This document shows positions 1 to 9,141 of a DNA stretch of 44,385 nucleotides, piece after piece. Positions within the stretch are counted from its first letter, which is position 1; the number at the start of each line of letters is the position of its first letter. The notes below the pieces were generated by a model. It had not been told where the DNA came from, made no database searches, and saw only the letters and a list, made by a program, of their open reading frames with translations. The stretch comes from Escherichia phage K1-5. The position numbers and the translations under genes are program-made. The DNA is taken from sequence record NC_008152.1; one strand, given 5' to 3'.

Positions 1-234
1 TCGCCCTCGCCCTCGCCGGGTTGTCCCCATAGGGTGGCCTGAGGGAATCCGTCTTCGACGGGCAGGGCTGATGTACTCCTTGTCTAGTACAAGGGAGGCG
101 GAGGGAACGCCTAGGGAGGCCTAGGAATGGCTTAGTGGTGGACAAGGTGATTACCTTAGTGAAGCCTCTTAGTGCATTCCTGAGGCCATTCAGGGCGTTT
201 ATGAGGGATTGACAGGGTGTGAGGGCGTGGGCTA
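1..234. repeat. Left direct terminal repeat (234 bp), identical to 44152..44385
   Basis: First 234 nt (tcgccctcgccctcgccggg...gagggcgtgggcta) recur exactly at the right end in the same orientation; typical terminal redundancy of T7-like genomes. Confidence 0.95.
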
Positions 235-237
235 TCT
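209..237 (+). promoter_or_regulatory. Candidate host sigma70 early promoter (TTGACA -35, weak -10)
   Basis: TTGACA at 209..214, 17-bp spacer, ctatct/tatctg -10-like; weak -10. Confidence 0.25.
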
Positions 238-608
238 GTTCCTTTGCTCCTCACTTCGTTCGTCGCTGCGGTAGCCTGATGTGTACCTTAGGTTATTCCT
301 TGATGGATAGCTTAGGTTAGCCTTAGTGGATTACCTTAGTTAAAGCCTTAGTGCTTCACTTAGTATCAGCTTAGTAGTGTACCTTAGTAAGTCTTAGTGT
401 CTTCTCTTAGTGATTGCACATGCAAGCATGTAAGATGCTAATAGGTCGCGGTCGGCAGACCGCTAAAGAAAGAGAATGGTAATAAGATGCAGTAGGAGGA
501 ACACCAGAAGCCTAGCCAACCTAAGCTATCCTAGCTCTATATCTATTGCTTTTCCTTAGTCTAACACGTTAGACAACCTATCTTATTCTTAGTGATGGTA
601 ACTTAGTG

Positions 609-637
609 TTGACAAGATAATCTTAGTGTAATACTAT
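609..637 (+). promoter_or_regulatory. Candidate host sigma70 early promoter
   Basis: TTGACA 609..614, 17-bp spacer, TACTAT 632..637; upstream of first early ORFs. Confidence 0.4.
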
Positions 638-780
638 GCATCACGTAGGCGGTGCTGAGGCACCTAGTAGCCAGCTAGTAAGGCATACGAAGAGACTAGC
701 GCTTACATTGCTCTTTAACAATTTGCTTAGTGTAACCTATGTATGCCGTGGTTAACTACTTATTGAATGAGGTATTAACT

Positions 781-960
781 ATGACATTAAATAACCGTGA
801 ACTGTCCGTTCTCTTCACTCTGTTGTGCTACATGATTCGTAACAACGAATTACTTACAGATGATGAGTTAGCCTTGTATCACCGCTTTCTTAACGAAGGT
901 TGGACCGATACAGTTAATCAATACCGTAACATGATAGATGAGTTGAGGGAGGGTAAATAA
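781..960 (+). CDS. Hypothetical early protein (59 aa; track ORF begins 739)
   Basis: ORF track 739..960; GAGG RBS 9 nt before ATG 781; stop overlaps next start (TAATG). Confidence 0.4.
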   Translation: MTLNNRELSVLFTLLCYMIRNNELLTDDELALYHRFLNEGWTDTVNQYRNMIDELREGK

Positions 961-1184
961 TGTATCAACATGAGGTATTCTTTGAATCAGCTAGCGAAGC
1001 TATTCGCTTCCGTGATGATATGATGCAAGCTGGTGTAGGCGTTGATGTGTATCACTATTTGATAGATTACGACACTGAATATCACCGAGTTACCTTAGTA
1101 TCTGAGTATGACAACCAAGTCATTACTGAGTATCTAGGCAGTGAAGATTACGATTACGATGAAGTAATCACGACAAATCTCTAA
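960..1184 (+). CDS. Hypothetical acidic early protein (74 aa)
   Basis: ORF with GAGGGAGGG RBS upstream of ATG 960; Asp/Glu/Tyr-rich. Confidence 0.5.
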   Translation: MYQHEVFFESASEAIRFRDDMMQAGVGVDVYHYLIDYDTEYHRVTLVSEYDNQVITEYLGSEDYDYDEVITTNL

Positions 1185-1192
1185 ATTAACTG

Positions 1193-1221
1193 TTGACAGC
1201 CACGGCATACAAGGTTACATT
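1193..1221 (+). promoter_or_regulatory. Candidate host sigma70 early promoter
   Basis: TTGACA 1193..1198, 17-bp spacer, TACATT 1216..1221. Confidence 0.4.
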
Positions 1222-1574
1222 AAGCATCAAGACGGCGACGTCTTTAAACATCCCGCTCTTTAACAATACGGTTTGTGTCTTGATAGGCTAACTAACTAAC
1301 TAAGGTAATTATCATGAAAGGGTTAATTTGTGTAGAACGTATGGTCAATGGTAAACTTGAAATATTACCACTGGAAAACCAATCTAGCTTCAAAGAGTGG
1401 TATGGCTGTTTCTCACTGATTTAAGGTAAAGGCTGGCACTAGTCAGCCTATCAAGGCGCAAACCAAGCTCTTTAACAATTTGGATGGTAGCTTCTTAGTC
1501 TGGATAGGTTAAACCTAGGAGATTCTCTTGAGTCTCCTATAATGTAACCTAACTAACTAAATGAGGATTAAATC

Positions 1575-1907
1575 ATGGAACGCAATGCTAACGCTTACTA
1601 CAACCTTCTGGCTGCAACTGTTGAAGCATTCAACGAGCGTATTCAGTTTGATGAGATTCGCGAAGGTGATGATTACTCTGATGCACTACATGAGGTTGTA
1701 GACAGCAATGTTCCAGTTTATTACAGCGAAATCTTTACAGTGATGGCTGCTGATGGTATTGATGTTGATTTTGAGGATGCTGGTTTGATTCCTGACACGA
1801 AGGATGTAACCAAGATTCTACAAGCTCGCATCTATGAAGCTCTTTATAATGATGTACCAAATGACAGCGATGTAGTTTGGTGTGAAGGCGAAGAAGAGGA
1901 AGAATAA
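1575..1907 (+). CDS. Ocr-like DNA-mimic anti-restriction protein (T7 gp0.3 homologue)
   Basis: 110 aa, very acidic, ends EGEEEEE; segment VPVYYSEIFTVMAADGIDVDFEDAGLIPDTKDVTKILQARIYEAL closely parallels T7 Ocr as I recall it; GAGGA RBS. Confidence 0.75.
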   Translation: MERNANAYYNLLAATVEAFNERIQFDEIREGDDYSDALHEVVDSNVPVYYSEIFTVMAADGIDVDFEDAGLIPDTKDVTKILQARIYEALYNDVPNDSDVVWCEGEEEEE

Positions 1908-2013
1908 GGATGGAAAAGCAATATAACTTTATCTTTTCAGACGGTGTAACCCTGAAGTGTTCCCTACGATTCGCACAAATTCGTGAGGAAGTACTAGGCA
2001 CTACATACAAACT

Positions 2014-2034
2014 ATTTAGCTGACACTATAAGAG
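2014..2034 (+). promoter_or_regulatory. Degenerate phage-RNAP promoter-like site
   Basis: atttagctgacactataagag; deviates around +1. Confidence 0.25.
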
Positions 2035-2099
2035 AAGGCTTAACAAGGCGTTACTAAGGTAGCGCCTGATTAAACTTTCACTTACTAGGAGTTGAGATT

Positions 2100-2288
2100 A
2101 TGAAAACCTTGATTGGATGCTTCTTGTTGGCTTCTCTTGCTCTGGCATTTACCGCTAAAGCTGGTTATGACGCTTATAAAGTAGAACAAGCCCAGCAAGA
2201 CTGGGCCAAAAAAAAGTTCAACTTGTGCAGCAAGAGCAACACCTACGAGTACTGCAACAAAACACTAAGACACTTATGGAAAGAGTAA
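2100..2288 (+). CDS. Small secreted protein (62 aa) with N-terminal signal peptide
   Basis: AGGAG RBS; MKTLIGCFLLASLALAFTAKA looks like a Sec signal peptide (AKA cleavage site); mature part has 2 Cys. Confidence 0.5.
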   Translation: MKTLIGCFLLASLALAFTAKAGYDAYKVEQAQQDWAKKKFNLCSKSNTYEYCNKTLRHLWKE

Positions 2289-2352
2289 CTAGCCTATAGC
2301 CCACCTGAGTGGGCTATGTGATATTTACTTAACACTATATAAGGTGATTACT

Positions 2353-3237
2353 ATGACTACTGAAAACACCCTCGTGTCTGTCCGTGAAGCTGCAACCGCT
2401 GAAATCAAGCAACATTTAGACAATATCGGCACTTCTTACATCAAAGTAGGGGCTTGTCTGAATGAGTTACGCGGAGACTTTGAAGGTCAAAAAGAGTTTT
2501 TAGCCTATGTTGAAGCAGAGTTTGCCATTAAGAAGGCACAATGTTACAAGCTGATGAGTGTAGCCCGTGTCTTTGAAGGCGATGATCGCTTTAAAGGCGT
2601 GGCGATGCGTGTAATGCTGGCGCTTGTTCCTTTCGCTGATGAAAATATAATCATGGAGAAGGCCGCAGAACTCGCCGCAAATGGCAAGCTGGACACTAAT
2701 GCCGTAAACGCCCTGATTGAACCTAAGAAAGAGTCAAAGGCCGAAACGGTACAATCTAAGGCTGAGACAGTAAAACCGCAGGAGAACGCGACTGAGTCCG
2801 CAGAATCACATGAAATGCAAGCGCCGCAGGTAGTGCCACCCGCGAGCGAGCAGGAGTCCGACGAATCAGCACCTTGGGAAGAGGAAAGCAAACCGGAAGC
2901 GCCAAAGGCAGCTCCGATGGATAACACGGCTAATACTGAGAATGCCGCTATTGCTGGTCTGCTGGCACAAATTAAAGCACTGACTGAGCAATTACAGGCA
3001 GCCAATGACCGCATCGCCTCCTTAAGTAGCGCACGCGAAAGCAAGAAGGCATCCGCACCTATGCTGCCGCAGTTCAAATCTTCCTGCTTCTACGCTCGCT
3101 TAGGCTTGAGCGCGGAGGAGGCAACGAAGAAAACAGCAGTTAACAAGGCACGCCGCGAACTGGTTAAGCTGGGATACGGTGAAGGCCATGAGGCATGGCC
3201 CTTAATCTCTGAGGCAGTAGAAGAGTTGACTAAGTAA
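2353..3237 (+). CDS. Hypothetical early protein (294 aa) with acidic low-complexity linker and C-terminal coiled coil
   Basis: Track ORF 2344 (GTG); ATG 2353 has AAGGTG RBS; SKAETV-type repeats in the middle. Confidence 0.6.
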   Translation: MTTENTLVSVREAATAEIKQHLDNIGTSYIKVGACLNELRGDFEGQKEFLAYVEAEFAIKKAQCYKLMSVARVFEGDDRFKGVAMRVMLALVPFADENIIMEKAAELAANGKLDTNAVNALIEPKKESKAETVQSKAETVKPQENATESAESHEMQAPQVVPPASEQESDESAPWEEESKPEAPKAAPMDNTANTENAAIAGLLAQIKALTEQLQAANDRIASLSSARESKKASAPMLPQFKSSCFYARLGLSAEEATKKTAVNKARRELVKLGYGEGHEAWPLISEAVEELTK

Positions 3238-3300
3238 CCTTATCGGTGGCATCTTCTTAGGTGTCACCTATTAAGGTTTCTTTCACTAGGAGTAAACAAG

Positions 3301-5928
3301 ATGCAAGGCCTACACGCTATTCAACTTCAACTTGAAGAAGAAATGTTTAACGGCGGTATCCGTCGCTTTGAAGCGGACCAACAACGCCAGATTGCATCCG
3401 GTAATGAATCAGACACGGCATGGAATCGCCGCTTATTGTCCGAGTTAATCGCGCCAATGGCTGAAGGTATTCAGGCATACAAGGAAGAGTATGAAGGTAA
3501 AAGAGGCCGTGCACCGCGTGCATTAGCTTTCATTAACTGCGTAGAAAACGAAGTGGCAGCATATATCACGATGAAAATCGTTATGGATATGCTGAACACG
3601 GATGTAACCTTGCAGGCTATAGCCATGAATGTAGCTGACCGCATTGAGGACCAAGTACGTTTTAGCAAGCTGGAAGGTCACGCCGCCAAATACTTTGAAA
3701 AAGTTAAGAAGTCACTTAAGGCAAGTAAGACTAAATCATATCGCCATGCGCACAACGTAGCGGTAGTGGCTGAGAAGTCAGTAGCTGACCGTGACGCTGA
3801 TTTCTCCCGCTGGGAGGCATGGCCTAAAGACACCTTGCTGCAAATTGGGATGACCTTGCTTGAAATCTTAGAGAATAGCGTATTCTTCAACGGGCAACCT
3901 GTCTTCCTCCGCACCTTGCGCACTAATGGCGGCAAACATGGTGTTTACTACCTACAGACTAGTGAACACGTAGGTGAGTGGATAACTGCATTCAAAGAGC
4001 ACGTAGCGCAACTGAGTCCTGCCTATGCTCCTTGCGTCATCCCTCCGCGTCCGTGGGTATCACCTTTTAACGGCGGTTTCCACACTGAGAAAGTAGCAAG
4101 CCGTATTCGTCTGGTAAAAGGAAACCGCGAACACGTCCGCAAGCTGACCAAAAAGCAAATGCCAGAGGTTTACAAGGCTGTTAACGCGTTGCAGGCGACT
4201 AAATGGCAGGTTAACAAGGAAGTTTTACAGGTTGTGGAAGACGTCATCCGTCTAGACCTAGGTTATGGTGTACCTTCCTTTAAACCACTCATTGACCGCG
4301 AGAACAAGCCAGCTAATCCAGTGCCGCTAGAATTTCAGCACCTACGGGGCCGTGAACTGAAAGAAATGCTTACGCCGGAACAATGGCAAGCCTTTATCAA
4401 CTGGAAAGGTGAATGTACTAAGCTGTACACCGCTGAAACTAAGCGCGGAAGCAAATCGGCGGCAACCGTTCGCATGGTTGGTCAGGCCCGTAAATATAGC
4501 CAGTTCGACGCAATCTACTTCGTGTATGCACTGGACAGCCGCAGCCGCGTCTACGCGCAATCTAGCACACTCTCACCGCAATCAAATGACTTGGGCAAGG
4601 CCTTGCTCCGTTTTACCGAAGGGCAGCGTCTTGATAGCGCTGAGGCGCTTAAGTGGTTTTTGGTGAACGGGGCTAATAACTGGGGTTGGGATAAGAAAAC
4701 TTTTGACGTGCGCACCGCTAACGTGCTGGATAGTGAATTTCAAGACATGTGCCGCGACATTGCAGCGGATCCGCTGACCTTCACTCAATGGGTAAATGCC
4801 GACTCCCCTTACGGCTTCCTTGCATGGTGCTTTGAATATGCGCGTTATCTGGATGCACTGGATGAAGGCACGCAAGACCAATTCATGACGCACCTCCCAG
4901 TCCATCAAGATGGTAGTTGTTCTGGTATCCAGCACTACAGTGCTATGCTACGCGATGCAGTAGGTGCGAAAGCAGTAAACCTTAAGCCCTCTGACTCTCC
5001 TCAAGATATTTATGGTGCCGTTGCGCAGGTAGTAATTCAGAAGAATTATGCATACATGAATGCAGAGGATGCGGAAACCTTCACTTCTGGCAGCGTGACT
5101 TTAACAGGTGCGGAGCTGCGTAGTATGGCTAGTGCGTGGGATATGATAGGAATCACTCGCGGCCTGACCAAAAAGCCCGTAATGACACTACCTTATGGCA
5201 GCACACGTCTAACCTGCCGTGAGTCAGTGATTGATTATATCGTTGATTTAGAAGAAAAAGAGGCCCAACGGGCTATTGCGGAAGGGCGTACCGCCAATCC
5301 TGTACACCCTTTTGATAATGACCGTAAAGACAGCCTGACACCTAGCGCAGCTTATAACTATATGACAGCTTTAATCTGGCCTTCTATTTCGGAAGTGGTT
5401 AAAGCCCCTATAGTGGCAATGAAAATGATTCGTCAGCTTGCCCGTTTCGCAGCTAAAAGGAATGAAGGCTTAGAGTATACCCTGCCTACTGGCTTCATCT
5501 TGCAACAAAAGATTATGGCTACTGATATGCTCCGCGTATCTACTTGCTTGATGGGAGAAATCAAGATGAGTCTACAGATTGAAACAGACGTAGTGGATGA
5601 AACGGCAATGATGGGCGCTGCTGCTCCTAACTTTGTGCATGGTCATGATGCCAGCCACCTTATCTTAACAGTCTGCGACCTTGTTGATAAAGGGATTACA
5701 TCTATCGCAGTTATTCATGACTCTTTTGGCACTCATGCAGGCCGTACAGCCGACCTTCGTGATAGCTTAAGGGCAGAAATGGTGAAGATGTATCAAGGCC
5801 GTAATGCACTGCAAAGCCTGCTAGATGAGCACGAAGAACGCTGGTTAGTTGATACCGGAATACAAGTACCAGAGCAAGGGGAGTTTGACCTTAACGAAAT
5901 CTTAGTTTCAGACTATTGCTTCGCATAA
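3301..5928 (+). CDS. T7-like single-subunit DNA-directed RNA polymerase
   Basis: 875 aa; [16 protein letters not shown] (motif A), IHDSFGTHA (motif C), C-terminal ...DYCFA; AGGAG RBS. Confidence 0.97.
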   Translation: MQGLHAIQLQLEEEMFNGGIRRFEADQQRQIASGNESDTAWNRRLLSELIAPMAEGIQAYKEEYEGKRGRAPRALAFINCVENEVAAYITMKIVMDMLNTDVTLQAIAMNVADRIEDQVRFSKLEGHAAKYFEKVKKSLKASKTKSYRHAHNVAVVAEKSVADRDADFSRWEAWPKDTLLQIGMTLLEILENSVFFNGQPVFLRTLRTNGGKHGVYYLQTSEHVGEWITAFKEHVAQLSPAYAPCVIPPRPWVSPFNGGFHTEKVASRIRLVKGNREHVRKLTKKQMPEVYKAVNALQATKWQVNKEVLQVVEDVIRLDLGYGVPSFKPLIDRENKPANPVPLEFQHLRGRELKEMLTPEQWQAFINWKGECTKLYTAETKRGSKSAATVRMVGQARKYSQFDAIYFVYALDSRSRVYAQSSTLSPQSNDLGKALLRFTEGQRLDSAEALKWFLVNGANNWGWDKKTFDVRTANVLDSEFQDMCRDIAADPLTFTQWVNADSPYGFLAWCFEYARYLDALDEGTQDQFMTHLPVHQDGSCSGIQHYSAMLRDAVGAKAVNLKPSDSPQDIYGAVAQVVIQKNYAYMNAEDAETFTSGSVTLTGAELRSMASAWDMIGITRGLTKKPVMTLPYGSTRLTCRESVIDYIVDLEEKEAQRAIAEGRTANPVHPFDNDRKDSLTPSAAYNYMTALIWPSISEVVKAPIVAMKMIRQLARFAAKRNEGLEYTLPTGFILQQKIMATDMLRVSTCLMGEIKMSLQIETDVVDETAMMGAAAPNFVHGHDASHLILTVCDLVDKGITSIAVIHDSFGTHAGRTADLRDSLRAEMVKMYQGRNALQSLLDEHEERWLVDTGIQVPEQGEFDLNEILVSDYCFA

Positions 5929-5936
5929 TATTAATA

Positions 5937-5966
5937 GGCCATTCCTTCGGGAGTGGCCTTTCTTTT
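5937..5966 (+). terminator. Hairpin with UUCG-type loop plus T-run just after the RNAP gene
   Basis: ggccattcc-ttcg-ggagtggcc followed by tttctttt. Confidence 0.55.
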
Positions 5967-6001
5967 ACCTACTACCTGTAACATTTCATTAACATAAAAG
6001 T

Positions 6002-6017
6002 GTCTCACATGTGAGAC
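6002..6017. promoter_or_regulatory. 16-bp perfect palindrome GTCTCACATGTGAGAC (copy 1)
   Basis: Read directly; immediately upstream of promoter 6020. Confidence 0.6.
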
Positions 6018-6019
6018 TT

Positions 6020-6040
6020 ATTTACCGGACACTATAGGAT
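6020..6040 (+). promoter_or_regulatory. Phage RNAP promoter (early-type variant)
   Basis: atttaccggacactataggat; 2 nt downstream of a 16-bp palindrome. Confidence 0.6.
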
Positions 6041-6081
6041 AGCCGTCGGAGACGGGAAAGAAAGGGAAGATAAAGGATATA

Positions 6082-6140
6082 AAGGAAGTAATAGGTATTA
6101 AAGGTTATATAGGTTATCTAGGAATACCTATTACCTTCTT
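6082..6140. other. AT-rich dyad element (candidate primary replication origin)
   Basis: 12-bp inverted arms gtaataggtatt (6088..6099) and aatacctattac (6123..6134) flanking aaaggttatataggttatctagg; lies between two phage promoters after the RNAP gene. Confidence 0.4.
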
Positions 6141-6182
6141 CCTTCCTCTTATTACCACTCAGAGGAAGGGCAGACCTAGGTT

Positions 6183-6198
6183 GTCTCACATGTGAGAC
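6183..6198. promoter_or_regulatory. 16-bp palindrome GTCTCACATGTGAGAC (copy 2)
   Basis: Read directly; upstream of promoter-like 6204. Confidence 0.6.
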
Positions 6199-6203
6199 TT
6201 CGT

Positions 6204-6224
6204 ATTTACCGGACAGTATAGATA
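6204..6224 (+). promoter_or_regulatory. Phage RNAP promoter-like variant
   Basis: atttaccggacagtatagata; preceded by a second copy of the 16-bp palindrome. Confidence 0.4.
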
Positions 6225-6251
6225 AGATTAACTCACTTTGGAGATTTAACC

Positions 6252-6380
6252 ATGCGCAACTTTGAGAAGATGGCCCGTAAAGCTAACCGTTTTGACATGG
6301 AAGAGGGGCAGAAGAAAGGCAAGAAGCTGAATAAGCCTGTCCGTGACCGTGCATCTAAACGCGCTGCGTGGGAGTTCTAA
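6252..6380 (+). CDS. Small basic protein (42 aa), below ORF-track cutoff
   Basis: GGAGA RBS about 7 nt before ATG; MRNFEKMARKANRF...; ends just before the primase start. Confidence 0.35.
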   Translation: MRNFEKMARKANRFDMEEGQKKGKKLNKPVRDRASKRAAWEF

Positions 6381-6383
6381 GTT

Positions 6384-8372
6384 ATGGCTATTATTCAGAA
6401 TGTACCGTGTCCTGCCTGTCAAAAGAATGGACATGATATTACTGGCAACCATCTCATGATATTTGATGATGGTGCCGGCTACTGTAATCGTGGACACTTT
6501 CATGATAATGGTAGACCTTACTATCACAAGCCGGAAGGTGGCATCGAGATAACCGAGTTATCTATTACTGGCAATATCAAATATACACCTTCTCAATTCA
6601 AAGAAATGGAGAAGGAAGGGAAGATAAGCGACCCTAAATTACGTGCCATCGCACTTGGTGGTATGCGTATGAAAGACCGTTGGGAGGTCATGAATGAACA
6701 AGAAAGGGCAGAGCAAGAAGCAGAGTGGAAACTTGATGTTGAATGGTTCCTCACGCTTAAGCGTAAGAACCTTGTTTCCAGGCACATTCGCGGCGACATT
6801 TGCGCATTGTATGATGTACGTGTTGGGCACGATGAAGAGGGTAGAGTCTCACGGCATTACTATCCGCGCTTCGAAAAAGGTGAGCTAGTAGGCGCTAAGT
6901 GTCGCACATTACCTAAAGATTTTAAGTTTGGTCATTTAGGTAAACTCTTTGGTATGCAAGATCTTTTCGGTATGAATACTTTGTCTCACGTGTTAGACAA
7001 GGGAAGACGAAAGGATTGCTTGCTCATTGTCGGCGGCGAACTGGATGCACTAGCAGCGCAGCAGATGCTCCTTGATTCTGCCAAGGGTACTAAGTGGGAA
7101 GGCCAGCCATACCATGTATGGTCTGTCAACAAAGGCGAGTCTTGCCTTGAAGAGATAGTGCAGAACCGTGAGCATATCGCCCAATTCAAGAAGATTATAT
7201 GGGGTTTTGATGGAGATGAGGTAGGGCAGAAGCAGAATCAGCAAGCGGCTCGCCTGTTTCCTGGTAAATCCTATATCCTTGAATACCCCTCTGGTTGCAA
7301 AGATGCTAACAAGGCATTGATGGCTGGCAAGGCTAAAGAATTTGTAGATGCATGGTTTAATGCCAAGTCATCTGATGAAGTCTTTGGTAGCCAGATTAAA
7401 TCTATCGCATCTCAAAGGGATAAGCTCAAGGCTGCACGTCCAGAGCAAGGACTGTCATGGCCTTGGCCTAAGCTGAACAAGGTAACGCTAGGTATTCGTA
7501 AGAACCAGCTTATCATTGTAGGTGCAGGGTCTGGTGTAGGTAAGACTGAGTTCCTTCGTGAAGTAGTTAAGCACCTCATTGAAGAACACGGTGAATCTGT
7601 AGGCATCATTTCTACAGAAGACCCGATGGTCAAGGTGTCCCGTGCTTTTATCGGCAAGTGGATTGATAAGCGTATTGAGTTACCTCCAACCAACGACCCG
7701 AAAGAAGACGGATACCGTGAGGTGTTCGACTATACCGAGGAAGAAGCTAACGCCGCCATTGATTATGTAGCTGATACAGGTAAGCTGTTTGTAGCTGACC
7801 TAGAGGGTGACTATTCGATGGAAAAGGTAGAGCAAACTTGCCTAGAGTTTGAGGCTATGGGTATTTCTAATATCATCATTGATAACTTAACGGGGATTAA
7901 ATTAGATGAGCGTGCTTTTGGTGGGAAGGTTGGTGCACTTGATGAATGCGTCAAGCGGATTGGTACTATCAAAGACCGACACCCGGTTACTATATTCCTT
8001 GTATCACACCTTACACGTCCTCCGGCAAACCGTACCCAACACGAAGAAGGTGGCGAAGTTATCCTTTCTGACTTCCGAGGCTCAGGCGCTATCGGATTCT
8101 GGGCATCTTACGCCTTGGGGATTGAGCGTAATACAAGAGCTGAAACGCTTGACGAAAGGACTACCACGTACATCTCATGTGTCAAAGACCGCGACCAAGG
8201 TATCTACACTGGAACCAAGGTCATGCTTAAGGGTGACATTCAAACCGGACGTTTAATGGAACCACAAGCCCGTACTAAGTCATTTGATACAGGTGAAGCA
8301 AGGCAACAAGAAGTACCAGATTTACCGGATACTATAGAAGAGACTACCTTCGATGAAGAAAGTGAGTTCTGA
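6384..8372 (+). CDS. DNA primase/helicase (T7 gp4-like)
   Basis: 662 aa; N-terminal Cys4 zinc ribbon (CPACQ...YCNRGH), Walker A GAGSGVGKTEF, acidic C-terminus ...DEESEF. Confidence 0.95.
   Translation: MAIIQNVPCPACQKNGHDITGNHLMIFDDGAGYCNRGHFHDNGRPYYHKPEGGIEITELSITGNIKYTPSQFKEMEKEGKISDPKLRAIALGGMRMKDRWEVMNEQERAEQEAEWKLDVEWFLTLKRKNLVSRHIRGDICALYDVRVGHDEEGRVSRHYYPRFEKGELVGAKCRTLPKDFKFGHLGKLFGMQDLFGMNTLSHVLDKGRRKDCLLIVGGELDALAAQQMLLDSAKGTKWEGQPYHVWSVNKGESCLEEIVQNREHIAQFKKIIWGFDGDEVGQKQNQQAARLFPGKSYILEYPSGCKDANKALMAGKAKEFVDAWFNAKSSDEVFGSQIKSIASQRDKLKAARPEQGLSWPWPKLNKVTLGIRKNQLIIVGAGSGVGKTEFLREVVKHLIEEHGESVGIISTEDPMVKVSRAFIGKWIDKRIELPPTNDPKEDGYREVFDYTEEEANAAIDYVADTGKLFVADLEGDYSMEKVEQTCLEFEAMGISNIIIDNLTGIKLDERAFGGKVGALDECVKRIGTIKDRHPVTIFLVSHLTRPPANRTQHEEGGEVILSDFRGSGAIGFWASYALGIERNTRAETLDERTTTYISCVKDRDQGIYTGTKVMLKGDIQTGRLMEPQARTKSFDTGEARQQEVPDLPDTIEETTFDEESEF
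8320..8340 (+). promoter_or_regulatory. Near-consensus phage promoter inside the 3' end of the primase/helicase gene
   Basis: atttaccggatactatagaag. Confidence 0.45.
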
Positions 8373-8387
8373 TTAGTGTATTTATCA

Positions 8388-8413
8388 GGCTTGTCTCACA
8401 TGTGAGACAGGCT
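8388..8413. promoter_or_regulatory. Extended hairpin around palindrome copy 3
   Basis: caggcttGTCTCACATGTGAGACaggctc; follows the primase/helicase stop. Confidence 0.6.
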
Positions 8414-8447
8414 CTTATTAAGTACATTAAATAACTGGAGATTGATT

Positions 8448-9131
8448 ATGTATAACTTAGTGTTGAATGTAGGTGACTTTGTACGCAACATCAAGAAAGA
8501 TTCAAGTCGCTATCTTTGCCGTGGTGTTGTAACCTTTGTAGGTGAGAACCTGTATTATGTAGAATATCGCAGTGGTGTTAAGCAATATTACCACAAGAAG
8601 ACAGCACATAAATATCTTGAAAAGATTGTAGAGATAAACAATCAATGTAAGTGCATACATGATGAGGTTTGCGATAAATGTGCTCGCCAGATGCTTAAGA
8701 ATTTCCTAGCTCCTCTTTATTATGGTGCTGGTCCTCAAACACTAGCAGAGTGCATGGCAGAAAAGAAAACCACACTCAAGAAAGAGCGTCGCAATGTAAT
8801 CACTGGTAAGACTCAAAGTGAGATGATTAAGCAATGTGGCACTGCATTAGGTGTTACACAGTTTAATACTCGTGCATTGGGTAAATCCACAGGACAAGCT
8901 ATGGTAAAGATTGGAGAAGCCATGATGCATCCAAATGTACCTGTGCGAATCATGGATGTTGACCATGCAATCACAGAACAAGGTACGCAACGACGTGTAA
9001 TTAATAAGCATTTTGCCGACACTATAGAAGGCATTATTCGTAAGCAAGGGTTGAAAGGTCTTCACATCTTAAATGGTGAAGAATTACTGTACCTACCTAT
9101 CGTTACTGAAGAAACATACGTGAATATCTAA
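8448..9131 (+). CDS. Hypothetical protein (227 aa)
   Basis: Track ORF 8442 (TTG); ATG 8448 with GGAG RBS; Cys-rich segment CKCIHDEVCDKC. Confidence 0.6.
   Translation: MYNLVLNVGDFVRNIKKDSSRYLCRGVVTFVGENLYYVEYRSGVKQYYHKKTAHKYLEKIVEINNQCKCIHDEVCDKCARQMLKNFLAPLYYGAGPQTLAECMAEKKTTLKKERRNVITGKTQSEMIKQCGTALGVTQFNTRALGKSTGQAMVKIGEAMMHPNVPVRIMDVDHAITEQGTQRRVINKHFADTIEGIIRKQGLKGLHILNGEELLYLPIVTEETYVNI
9010..9030 (+). promoter_or_regulatory. Promoter-like core inside coding sequence
   Basis: attttgccgacactatagaag; core conserved, upstream part divergent. Confidence 0.25.
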
Positions 9132-9141
9132 GGAGTTAATC

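Larger units (their letters stand above)
125..640. repeat. Array of about 20 short CTTAGT(G) repeats within and right of the left terminal repeat
   Basis: CTTAGT/CTTAGG at roughly 131,155,167,286,311,322,335,347,359,370,383,393,405 and further copies to about 625; densest at 286..410. Confidence 0.7.

Noticed and set aside
1314-1424. 36-aa early ORF (MKGLICVERMVNGKLEILPLENQSSFKEWYGCFSLI)
   Set aside because: Weak RBS and no recognisable features; could be real but the evidence is insufficient to list it as a gene.
2544-3077. Minus-strand ORFs in the track (for example 2544..3077, 13922..14527, 23333..24136, 36674..37171, 31808..32206)
   Set aside because: Each lies antisense inside a well-supported + strand gene, lacks a plausible RBS, and has low-complexity Ser/Ala/Cys-rich composition typical of antisense frames; T7-like genomes are transcribed in one direction.
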